Positions 10,201-21,900 of a stretch of 64,000 nucleotides of DNA are shown one piece after another. Below the pieces are notes generated by a model, which worked only from the letters and a program-made list of their open reading frames with translations, did no database searches and was not told where the DNA came from. Source of the DNA: Gnetum montanum. Taxonomy: Eukaryota; Plantae; Gnetophyta. The DNA is taken from the NCBI GenBank assembly GCA_015680685.1, contig MNCI01000556.1:1390202-1454201 (forward strand). The letters are read 5' to 3'. The translations under genes and the position numbers were made by a program. Every line of letters begins with the position of its first letter. Position 1 is the stretch's first letter.

Positions 10201-13200
10201 ATGGCTGAGGATGACTTACTACAAGGTAAGGAACATAGCAGGGGTTTACCCTACGATTTTTTTTATCTTAAAAACAAAATTCCTATTTCACATGAAGGGT
10301 AAGGATCAAGCACATTAGGGACATAGGGGGCCATGGGGGTGCACAGTTCTAGGGTGTATTTTTGATTTTTTTTTTAAAAAAAATGAAAATGGAGTAGGGT
10401 TTCAACGCATGTCAAGAGCTAAAGGGGGCTATGAGGTGATTGCACCTTAGGGCATGACCAAGGGCTATAAGGATGTTGCACCTAAAATGTGGCTGTACAG
10501 TCCATAGGGGCCATGAGAGGATTTTAGTGCCAAGGGCACATTTATGTGTTTTTCTAGTCTTTTCTTAAAATGAGGGGCTGTGGCAAGGCATATTGTAGGG
10601 GCTATGGCCATGGTTTTGGCTGTAGGGGTTGCAGTTTTGGTTGATGCTCGACACATGCTTCTTCCATTTTCTTCCCTTCCTCTTCATTTTCTTTGAGAGG
10701 GAGTCATGTTGGTGGAGGGTGTAGGGCATGCAAGGGAAAAATGCATGGTCGATAGTGCCTAGGCAAGGCATGACGTGCAAGGTGTGGTAGGCAAGGTAGG
10801 CATGTTGCATAGAGAGTGTTTGGATAGTGGCTAGAAATGCATCTTCTACTACCATAGCCAAGACTATGCTCCCTATCTTGGAGGCACCATTGATGCCAAG
10901 TGTTTGAAAAAATGTGTCTACCCAATAGTTACTTTTTCTTTGTTGGGATTGTAGTCTATAGAGAACATGGTCACTATGCCCAGAGTTAGAAAAATCTTTT
11001 AATTTCTAGACTACGCTCTCCACTAAGATGGTCCAAAGTTAGAAAATTTTGCAAAAATTCTATAAATCTTGGATAATGCTAAACTTGCAAAATGAAACAA
11101 TGCTAATCTTGCAAAAATGCTAAACTTGTAGACTATAATGATGTTAAAATTGCAAAAATGTGTAGACTATAATGATGTTGAAACTATGAAAAACTGCAAA
11201 TTTTCATGATGCTAAACATGTGAAGACATTTGAAATGAGATACTAACCCTATGCAAACATGTTGTACAATAGTGAGTACCAAGCATGTCAAATAAGTTGG
11301 TTGATGTCCTATACCTACAGGGTCCTAAAAGGCATTACCAAAAATGAAAAGTTTTCAATGTTATACTGTGTTAATTTTGCTAACATAATTTCATGGTTTT
11401 ATGGCAAAGTCTGCATCTATGAGTATACTAACACTTGATTTGTTACTTGATTATTGCATAGTGCTACTAAAGCATATCTTGGTTGTCATGGAGCTTGTTG
11501 GCATCTTGTGCCATGTGAGTGAGACTATTCCCAACACACCTGCACTAGATATGCAAGTTGGTCAATAGGTTCTATGGTTTTAGCCAGGGGCTCCTTAGTT
11601 CCTAGAGTATCTGTTGTAGTAGTTTAGTGTGATCATGTGGTCACACTTAGCAATGGAGGCTACCAAGATAATAACTAAGACATTTCTTCTTAGGGCTAAC
11701 TAGGGCATCTTTAGGTTCATGTATGATGAGATTATTGTTGGTGATGATGGAGTAGGTGGTTTAGGCAGAGGCCCTAGGGACACCTAGTGCCTATCTAGGA
11801 TTTGGCACATGACAAGGTTCAATTGCTACAATAAGAGCAATACCCTCTTTATCACTGTGCAAGTGAACACTCTATTCTAGAACCCACCTAGAACCATATA
11901 CTATGCTAGAGGGTAATTATTTTAATAGCTTTCATATTTTTTCTTTGATACTTGTTCATGCTATATTTCTAACTACTCATGCTTAGTGCCAAATTTAAAC
12001 TTCATAAGAAAGGCCTACACGATGAGACAAACACCCTAGCTATGACTTGTACCACCCTAGAGGTGTTCTCTTCTAGCTCAAATGTTTAGGAAGTTGTGCT
12101 TGAGTAGGTGGAGTCTAATTTAGAGGCCTATCCTACTTAGTATCTGAAGACATATAAGCGGTGCAAGACCTAAGACTAGTTAGATGAGAAGTGGGCCATT
12201 TGTGTGATTAAGATTGGGGAGATGATTTTACCACCATCTTTGTCTCACATCCTATTCATGCCACGTATGTGTCTACTATTTTAGGTCTTGTGCTTGCTCA
12301 TGTATGCCAATTAATTTTCCTTTTACATGATATTAATGTTGTTTTACCTCTATTGTAATAGAAGTTACTTCAAGCAAGGTGATGGTGGTCACCACAAGCT
12401 GTACAAAGGCCATCCTCATCATGAAATATGACAATGTAGAGGATGCATAGCATTGGTTATGACACAAGGCCTTATAGTTATTAACTGCTAAGCTCATGCA
12501 TGCCCCTAGCCTAGCTATTCTAATGGTCAAAATGGTTACCATCATCAAATCCTTCAATAGCAAAGTATGATAGTTTGTCACATGCGTGCGTGGTGTGAAG
12601 GTAGTGCTTAACCTTGGTGAGGCCTTCTTTACTAACCTACTTGGATTCTCCACTGATGTCCTATTGATTGTTGATAAGGCTAGTAAAGAGGTGGACTGCT
12701 AAGGAGAGATCAAGGACTGGCTAGAGGCCATCCCATATCACAAGGGCATACCAATCAAGGAGATTTTTATGCTTGAAATATGGAAGCTCTACCCTCATTT
12801 TTGTCCTTGTATCTTCCTAAAGTTGCTCTCCCAAGGAAAGATCCTTAGGGTGGAGTAGGTGTAGGTGATGAAATAGCTATTGCTAGAGGATACAAGGCTT
12901 AACTAGGTTGCCTATATTGCAACCACCTTGCTCAAATCATAGCTTGGAGATCTCTGTATGCTTTAACAAAGATCTACAAGCTAGGTTTGTGCATACAGAG
13001 ATAGCTATGATTGCAGATGAACTTGCTTACCTAGAAGAATTAAGACTAGAAAAATTATAGCACTAAGGTGTATCCATGGGGCTAAACTTAGAAGAATCAC
13101 AAGAATCAATACAAGCATAAGCACAATGTGTACCTTTGGTGGTACAAGGAAGAGTCTATTAAGCACCGCCACCTCAATGTTCCTTGAGGTAACTGATGGA

Positions 13201-13640
13201 AGGCAAGAATATGAGTTGTTTGCTTGGCATATAGTGGTGAGTGACTCTCCTAAGAGGAATATTGTCACCCCATTAGGAAAGGCTTCTTCTGCTATGTTTT
13301 CCATGGAGCCACTTGCATGGACTACCGTGGACAAAGACAAGACCCTTGCAAGGATTGACTTTGGCCAGGAGGACTAGACATAGCTTTTAGAGGCCAAGAT
13401 CCTCTAATGCTTGTAGGATGGCCTTGACAATCTACCTCCAGAAGCTAATGCAGGATTGTCCCAGGTTCATTTTTTATCTACTTTTTTGCATGTTTTGGTG
13501 TTAGCTTGTATATTATACGTTTACTTTACTAATTGCTTATTTTTTGCTGGTTGTAGTAATAGGCACTAGGAGACACTGTAGGCCCCAGCAGTGTGGTGGG
13601 GGAAGAAGGGCCTCCACCTTCACCTAGTACCACTGGTTGA
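10201..13640 (+). pseudogene. Antisense 5-exon gene inside the Tat PR-RT spacer: FCP1/NIF-like HAD (pseudo)phosphatase domain + PMD/plant-transposon-protein-like domain, ~644 aa, decayed
   Basis: Exons 10201-10225, 11462-11912, 11987-12264, 12362-13464, 13563-13640 (sum 1935 nt); four GT-AG introns with matching phases 1,2,1,0; MAEDDLLQ/VLLKHILVVMELVGILCH...WF*PGAP*FLEYLL**FSVIMWSH...CLSRIWH...YNKSNTLFI...NPPRTIYY...TLEVFSSSSNV*EVV...IIKSFNSKV**FVTCVRGVKVVLNLGEAFFTNLLGF...RLN*VAYIA. All 8 stops in exon 2 are TAG (CAG/CGG/TGG deamination); probable compensating frameshifts near 12940-13150. Confidence 0.78.
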
Positions 13641-13884
13641 GTATGTCCTGATGTGGCCCTATTATTGGGCACTTTTGCATTTTTTTTGTACTTTTTACTA
13701 CTCATAATGTTGATGTGCCTGCTATGTACTATTATTCATGTAAGATGTAATGGATGTGTTTGTTATATATAGTGTGTAACGTGTAAACTTTTGTTCTTAT
13801 TATTATCAACTTTCTATGTAATGAGTGAATGTGCTACATTAAGATTATGTCGTAATAATGTAACAAGGCCATTGTGACCCTCAT

Positions 13885-14210
13885 GCTAGTTTAAGGCCAT
13901 AGCGAAAGGGCCGATGCTATGTTAAGGCTACTTTAGGCCATGATTATTATTAGTTTAAGGCTATTTTAGGCCATGATTATTGTTTTTTTAAGGCCATTTC
14001 AAGCCACAATTTGGAAAATGATTCATGGTTTTAGGCCATTCTAGGCTACAAGTTGCCAGTTTAAGGCCATGGTGGGCAATAGTGATAGTTTGAGGTCATT
14101 TCAAGCCACATATCACTAGTTTAAGGCCATGGTGGGAAATAGTGATAGTTTGAGGTCATTTCAAGCCACATATCACTAGTTTAAGGCCATGGTGGGCCAT
14201 AATGATACTA
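13885..14210. repeat. TTTAAGGCCAT-based tandem repeats (~30-bp subunit; near-perfect 60-bp units at 14058-14208)
   Basis: gtttaaggccatggtggg..atagtgatagtttgaggtcatttcaagccacatatcacta repeated about 2.5 times, with degenerate copies upstream. Confidence 0.85.
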
Positions 14211-14520
14211 TTTTTCATTTTGTGATTTTGGCTTTTCTGATTTTTATGCACTTATATGTTTTTCATGCATAAGCTAGTGATTGCTAAAGGGTGAACTAAA
14301 CAAGCGAATGCATAGAAAAAGCAAAATACATAAGCAAAGCAAACAAATGCATACACAAAGTAGACAATTCATACTCTAGGAAATAAAGATGAATATAAAT
14401 GTGTAAACAAATGAAATGTAAATAAAAAAATGCATGGTTAAATGTACAAGTAAAGGGTAGGTAGGATTCTCGCACATGCTAGTCTAAGGGTATGCCTTAA
14501 TCATGTAATTGCTTCCTAAC

Positions 14521-17500
14521 CTGGTGTGGGTTGGGAGGTGTGTAGGGCCTAGACTGTACTATGAAGTACTCCCTTTGACCTTCATCTGCTATGTCGAAGG
14601 GTAATTCAGCCCATAAAACATCCTCCAAGAGGTCATTGGTTTCTTCTACTTGGGTGGGCTTAACTCACATGTTTTGCTATTGTCCTTCATTATAGGTGCA
14701 TCCTTAAGGAACTCCACCTTTGACCCTTGCTCCATGTCAATGTTGTTTGTGGCCAAAGGGGTTGCATTGTCATTGTGAAAAATGACCTTACCACCTTTGT
14801 ATGAAAGCTGTATTTCTTGGGAAATGGAAGAGGAAATGGCCTGCAACTGTGCCAACCATAGCCTACCCAAGATCAATTTGAAGCCTAGCATCTTCTCTTC
14901 CACAATGAATTCAGTAATTATGGAAATTCTTCCTCTACCATGAAGGCTATCATGATAGTCCCTCTAATGACAACATGTGACCTATTAAATAACTATACGT
15001 ATGTTGTTTTTATGGGCTTGATCTACTCAACAAGGCCTAGTTTATCAACAACAATGTATGGTATGATGTTTGTTGTCATCCCATCATCAATATGCACCTA
15101 TAGATCTTGCATTTCATAAAGAGTATTATGATAAAAATGGATGTTGTAATGACTTGATTCTTCTCAAGGTCAATCTTGATCACCTCATCATGAAATGTAA
15201 GGGGTTTTGATCTCAATTCATGTGATGCAGGAGGCAACATCATTACAAGGATGGAGTGTTGATCAACTGTGATGTTCTCCTTGATAGGAATGAAGGTCAA
15301 CATGTGGACTAGTGCTTTGTAGTAGGTAGAGGAGGTCATAATGAGTTGATATAGGCTTAACATTATGTTTTTATGCTTTAAAGCCTACTTCACCTAGAGT
15401 AATGCAACTAGGAAGTCCTTGCCAATATCTATCATTTTGTTGGCCTTGACCTCCTCCATACATTCTAGGAGATGAATCTCTCATAGAGGAGATTTTGGCT
15501 TGGTTTTCTTGGCTTGTTTTGGGGCCTTAGTGCCCAATTGTAGCTTGCTAGTGGTGGCCTTCTTGGTTATTTTAGCCCTGGAGACTATCGACATGGGGAC
15601 TGATTTGGGTGGACCTAGCACTCTCTACTCTTGATGTTGTATAAGAATTTTATTAGTGAGCCACTCATTGAGCCTCCTAGGTTGCCCTCTAGATGGTTTT
15701 TTAGCATTTCCTACAAGATGGAACCTCAGATAGGTATGGATTGATGTGTTACCCACCACCGAACTACAAGTAGGTGAGGGGTTAGAGTGTTGAGGCATCC
15801 TTACAACAAAGGGTGGCTGAACTTTATCTCCATCACATGTTGGGGAACCCTAACCATAAAGGGAATTGTGAGTGTCTAGGTTGGAACTATGACAAAAAAA
15901 GGGAACCTTGAACTCATGGGGGTTGAGGAGGCCCCTACATTGCTAGAGGGAACACAAACCATGAATTTCCAGTACATATATTCTAGGTTATCATTAATGC
16001 TAATGGCATTGATGATGTACCCTATGTCATATACATTCAAAGGGTCCTTTTATACCCTCATTGATTGATTTTTTTGGTGAACTAGGTTGGTAGCATCGAG
16101 CACCAAGTTGATGCAGCCAATCATCCATTGTAAGTCATCCTACAAGGCCATGTAAAAGTGAATGTTGTGGCCAATCAATTGATGGTAGTGGGAAAATAAA
16201 TCTAGATTAAAGTTATTAGGAACCTAAGGCTCATTTGGGGTTGTAGCAAAGGGATTCCTTAGGAGCATGCAGTATCTATAATATCTTTTGTAAGAATCGT
16301 TGGATATCTACTTGTATTGGATTCATCTAGCCTTAAGCAGTTGTTCTAGGAGTCTCAACTATTTGAGGGGCAATGGGGTGTACTTTGAGAAATTCTTGCA
16401 CTCAAATTTGGCCCTCAGATCCACTTGTGTTATGGTTGTCAATGATGTAGACTGATTTGTTGTTGCAGTGCTAAGGCCAGCAGTCTTGTTGTTGGCCAAG
16501 GCCTTGGGTGGCCAGGCCATTGGCTTTGGATTAGTGGCTTTAGATTCATTCATTACAATTGCCATAGTTGTATATTTTTTTCCCTTATACTTGTTCTTTT
16601 TCTTGTGTAAGTTCTTATAGGCTACATAGGTTGGGTCCTCATTAGTGTTTACCATGTCCTATATGCTCTTTGTTTGTGCACATGCTTAGATCAAGAAGTG
16701 CAGGGCTAGGTAGAACAATTTTGACTTAATATCATTGAATACATCCTTGAAGATTGCTAGAAGGTGCATTTTTGAAATGGGCTCATGGATTTCATTCAGT
16801 GAAGTGCTTCAGCATTAGATAAATTTCTACATAGGATCTAGATGGCCTTCCATGATTTGTATTAGCTAGTAAAGGATGGTTTATAGCTTCAAGTTATACT
16901 TGAAACATGTGACAAATTAACTGAGAAAATCCTCTAGAGAGGAGATGGAGGCCCTAGGCAATGCCAGGTACTAATCTAGTGCTTTGTCAATTAGGAACAT
17001 GGTGGACACATGTATGATGGTGTGTGGCTATGCTTCTAGTAGTAATAATTTAGACGAGAAGGTCATGAGGTGTGCATTAGGATCCCCTTCACTTTTGTAC
17101 TTGGTGAAGTAAGGAAGTGGGATTCCCAATTTATGGGATCATCATGATAGAAGTCCACCACATAAACCATTTTAGAGAAGGTGGCTTTGAGTTGCTTGAT
17201 CTCTTCTATTAAGGATTGGATCAATTGGAATGCTTGATCCAAGCCTTGAGATGCAACAGTGGGCTATGTTGGTTATGTCACCTATTATGCTAGTTGGGTG
17301 GCCCACAACCTGGTTATAGGTTGTGAGACCACATGAGATGCTTGTTGTGTAGGTTGGGCTAGAAGTAGAGTGACTGGGGTAATCCACAGATGTATGGGTT
17401 GGGCCATTGCCAAATGTGCACACAAGATAGGAAAAACATGGGATGCTTCAATCATTTGAGGCTGAGTGATATGTATAGTATGCATATAGGACTATGCAGA

Positions 17501-18100
17501 CATGATGGTTGCTAGCAAGGAAGATGGGGCAGGTTGCAACTATATTACAAAGGGCACATTGATGGAAGGTATTGTGTCTTGGTGCATGTACTATGTTGGT
17601 GGGTTGCCACCATAGGTGTCGACCTAGAGGATGAAAATGGAGCTATAACTATCTCTATGATGGTAGGTGGATGGGACTATGAAGGAACTACACTAGGTGT
17701 TGTCCATTGAAAAAGTCATAGTCTTGTTTCCCCATAGTCCTCATGCTCAAATCAAGCTTCAAACTCATCCTGATCTTCTTACAAGGGCTCATCATAATCT
17801 ATCCTTGCCTCATGCTCACTCTTCTAGATGAGTTGGGCAAGCATCCACCAATAGGGCTCGGTGAGTAAAATGAAGTCAACAGAGAAAGGGACATACTCCC
17901 ATCTATTTAAGTTGGTGAACTCAAAACTTCAGTTGGCCTTTACATCTTGGTGGTATATGAATAGACTCATTTGAAGCTTCATGTAGATAAAGTTATACTA
18001 CTCCTTATTGATCATCATGTACTCAAGATCTTGGTGACATAGCCTAAGGGATTTCCTTGGCAAGACTGAGAGGGTGGTCAATCCTATTTTCTTGTTGAGA
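14521..18100 (-). pseudogene. gag: Degenerate gag-protease of the old Tat element
   Basis: ORF fragments MLSLYQLIMTSSTYYKAL, FKLILGRLWLAQLQAISSSISQEIQL (protease C-terminus), DPTYVAYKN, SKYTPLP; many TAG stops. Confidence 0.88.
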
Positions 18101-18621
18101 AGGTAGGATAGCAAGTGTGATTGGGGTTGATGGAAAAGTTTGTTTAGAGTTCATGGTTATAATCAAAAGTTGCAGGAAAAATGGATAACTTTGAAAATTA
18201 CTAAAAATTTCCTAAGTCTAGAAACTATAGAAAAATGACTAAGTATGAAAACTATTAAAAAATTAGCTAAATCTAGGAAAAATGGTTAAGTTAAAAATCC
18301 TGAAAAAAAGACTAATTCTAAAGACTACACTCTTCACATTGGAAGCCAACTATGGTCTCCACTGAGAGCACACAAAACTTAGCCAAGTATAAGAAAGAGA
18401 TGCTTTGGGATTGCTACATGGGCTTCTAGGGGAATTGATGATAGGGTCTAGTCTACACTAATTGGTTTGTAGACAACAGCTGTGTTGGCCTAAGGTCTAG
18501 CTACTACATGGGGTAGGTCCACACAAGTGTTGAGTCTATGCTAGCTCAAAGCTAGTAATGATGAAGTAGAGACCACACGAGGCAACAACCAATGATGTTT
18601 GAAAGAGGGAAATAGATTTAG

Positions 18622-18638
18622 CCCTCCTTCTAGTGCCA
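18622..18638 (-). promoter_or_regulatory. tRNA-Asn PBS of the old Tat element (one CpG transition)
   Basis: Plus strand CCCTCCTTCTAGTGCCA versus CCCTCCTTCTAGCGCCA at 3263. Confidence 0.85.
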
Positions 18639-18644
18639 AAAAAC

Positions 18645-20369
18645 TACAATGACCAAAAATGTTAGTGGTTAGAATGGAAACACCGAGAGGCTCATAGGTG
18701 CATTGATTTGATCCTATGTCCATTTGAGGGCTTGCTAGAGGTGGAGATGGGGTGCCTAAAATGGTCTTGTTGATTAAATGGGAACTTATAGAATGCAATG
18801 TTGAAATAGTGCCAAGTGTTTGCATGGTGTGCACAATGTCAATGGTAGTAAGTGTAGTTAAGGGTTTCCACAAAAAATGAAGGTGTTAACATGTAGTTAT
18901 GTGTAAAAATAGTGAAAAAATATAAGTAAAATGAAAATATGTAAATAAAAATGTTAAAAAATAAATAGGGGGAGAGTGAGAGAGAACGTGGCATCACCCC
19001 AAATGAAGTTGAGTGTAATTAACCTCAAGATTTGACAAGGTACACGGTGTACAACAAGTGTAGTAGATAGCATAGTCAAAGTCTTAGGGTGTCTAGGCCA
19101 TGAAAATTGACATTCACAATGGTGCCTATGCTTGCTTGGTTGGCCACTACAATGTGCAGTGGACTATGGTGGTTTGTGGTATTTGTGGTGATGTGCGAAT
19201 GTCTCACCTTGCTGAGATGTCAAAGTGTAAAAATGCTAAAGATGCTAATCGAAATGCCAAAAATGCCAAGCTTGTTTCAGATTTTGAAACCCCTAAAACA
19301 TAGAGGATTGGGGTATTTATATGGCTGGGTCTTCCATGAACTAAAAATCATTTGTCACATGGCAATGGGATAGTTGGGACTACACTACACCCAACTATGC
19401 TCTCTACTAAAGGAAATAGTGTTATGCTATGGTGTGCTCCAATGGACTCTGTAAGACTACCAGACTATGAGTATGCTACTAACTACATGTTCATGTACCA
19501 AAAAGACCACAATGTACATAACTAAAATTAAAGAAATGCAAATTTTGAGACTATGCTTTAGGACTATGCTATCCACTCTCTTGAGTGGTGTCGAGCATAG
19601 TTACAATTTTGGAACAAAGTGGGGTGCCAAAAAGATGCATGCTATTTGCCAAAGGTGTGTTGGAGTTGATGTGAATGTTGGCACTACATTGTGAAGGCAT
19701 TTGGAGGTTATTTTACATGTCTACACTTGACTATGCTCTAGAATGGGAGAGATCATAGTCCCAAACTTAGCAAAAATTTTGTAGAAAAGTTGTTTGCAAA
19801 CTATGCTCCAACTAGGGACAAGCATAGTCACAACACTTGGAGAAAGTTTTGCAAAATCTAGCTGCCAGTTGACTAAACTCTAGGGTAGTGGAGAGCATAG
19901 TCTCGATAGTTAGAAAAGTTTGCCAAGCTATTTCTTCCATGCCAACTATTCTTGACTACACTCTAATGTAGTGGATTACATACTCTCTGCTAAGCTATTT
20001 CTTCCATTTCAACCATGTTTTGCAGCTACTAGCTTGACACTTAGAAACATTTGCAAAACTAGCCTCTGATGTTAAGTATGCTTTCTACTAAGTTGACTAT
20101 GCTCTAGTGTAGTGGACAGCATAGTCCCAACACTTAAGAAAAATTTGTAGCTTCTTGCTTCATGCTAATACTTAGGTAAAATTGCATAAAATCTATGTTT
20201 GGAGCTGACTACACTATCCATTGGGCTAACTATGCTCTCCATTAGGCGGATTATGCTTTGGTGCAATTGAGAGCATTGTTGCATCACTTAGAAAAAATTT
20301 TCCTCATGTTGACACTTGGAAAAATTTTTAGTTGAGAAATGGCAACTCAAGTTTGGTGGTGTTTCATTA
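18645..20369 (-). repeat. 5' LTR of the old Tat element
   Basis: Follows the PBS; TATA-like CATATAAATA on minus strand near 19314-19323; terminal ggtggtgtttcatta resembles young tgtggtgtttcacca. Confidence 0.7.
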
Positions 20370-21344
20370 ACTATCTCCAATTAATTTATTAGAAGATTAT
20401 AATAGGTTTCACACAACCCAAAAGAACCCAAAATCTCTCACACTCAATCAATATTGTAGAGTATGAGCCTCTACAACTACACAGTGGCTGTTCTCAATGT
20501 AAGATACAACTAATAGAAATTTCTTCCATAACCTAGGACTAGGATCTCAACTCACAAGTGAGATTCAAGAGAATTGAACACATAGATCAACATACCACAA
20601 GCTAATCTTGGACATGTAATCACCAATTGTAATCATCTAATGTACTTCTCCACTCACTCTTGCCTAGCTCTCTACTTTCAAAAGCATTCTCTCTCACTCA
20701 TTCATCATACAAGCTCTTTCTCCTTGTATACCATCTCTCCTTATTTTTTTATGGATGGATATATACATAATTATAGAGATCCCAAATCCTAGGAATCTTT
20801 CTATTTACTTTTCTAGATGTCTTCCACAAGGATCTAGAGTCTTTCAGATGTTTTCTAATCAAAATGGCATGTTAGAGATTTTTCCCTCTTTTTCTTAGAC
20901 ATCTTTAATTTTACTTAGACATATATTATGAAAAACCTACTTTTTGATGAAATCTCTACTATTTTTGGTAGATGTCTACTCTATTCAATAGACATCTATA
21001 CACCTAACTAGACATCTAAGGTGAAATTTCTATCTTTTTAGTTAGCCATCTATCCTATAGGTGCCAAAAATAAAAATGCTTGTTTTGATGCTTGGAATCT
21101 TTGGATGCCTCCAAAAAAGTTCCCATAGGCCCTTGAATTTCCTAAACTCATCAAAATATGCTACAACATCAAAAAAATGACAAAATATTTAAGAATCTTC
21201 ATCATAAAAAATCAACATAAGAAGACATACAAAAATAGAACACACTTTTTTAGATCTTCTTCAAGTGCAAAAACCTACAAAAAGAACTTGTAGGAAAAAA
21301 ACAAGGGAATTAGAAGAGTTTTTCTTACACTAGCTCTCTCACCC

Positions 21345-21900
21345 TTAAAAATGTAAACTCATGTGAACAAGAGTAGGGATAGAAGCGATCTCCCACTCAA
21401 AAAGTTTAGTCTCATGAATCCATGCAACATCGTTAATTGATTGACCCTTGTAGTGAATCAAGTATTCATACCTCTTAACTTTCCAAGTGGTAGAAGCTTC
21501 CCTATATTTGAATATAATTACCTTCCTCTTCACCAAAGTATTGGACTAATCAATAGCCCACTTCAACTAATCAATGTTACCTTGTATGCTCTCCTCATCA
21601 GTTGGTCCATGATAGTGCACAAGATTTAAAACATTAAACACAAAAGACATACCAACATTTTTTGGTAAATAAATTTTAAAATAAGTATAATTAATTTTAG
21701 CCTTCATTTTGAAAGGCCCCATATTCTTTTCTTTCAATTTGGATAATTTAATGCCTCTCAACTACTTCTTCTTGAAGTACATCCAAATCAAGTCACCAGT
21801 AGCAAAGTTAGGTTTCTACTTATCCTTATACCTCTTAAGGAATTTCTCTTTAGCCTTATTCTCAAGATTTAATTTTACTTGTGCATGTAGATCCCTCATC
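21345..21900 (-). pseudogene. Integrase C-terminus (GPF motif) plus chromodomain remnant
   Basis: ORFs 21567-21761 and 21345-21536; homologous copy at 47460-48000. Confidence 0.8.

Larger units (their letters stand above)
9042..14520 (-). other. Putative protease-RT intron (~5479 nt) of the Tat element
   Basis: Donor CAG|GTTAGG at 14520 after the PR-linker reading frame; acceptor TTTTATTTTGTAG|G at 9042 before the RT-linker; no LTR or TSD seen inside. A PR-RT intron is established for Ogre. Confidence 0.65.
8190..20369 (-). mobile_element. Old degenerate Tat-clade element of the same family as 1-5439: LTR, PBS, gag, protease, 5.5-kb spacer/intron, RT N-terminal part
   Basis: gag homology to the young copy (DPTYVAYKN, SKYTPLP, GDPNAHL), same PBS and LTR ends; RT interrupted at 8190 by LTR E. 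Confidence 0.88.

Noticed and set aside
10201-13640. Interpreting the spliced gene as an ordinary host gene with TEs inserted around it
   Set aside because: It lies between colinear PR and RT of one element with no LTR boundaries in between, and its upstream region and first intron carry the element's LTR motif; a one-off capture is not fully excluded
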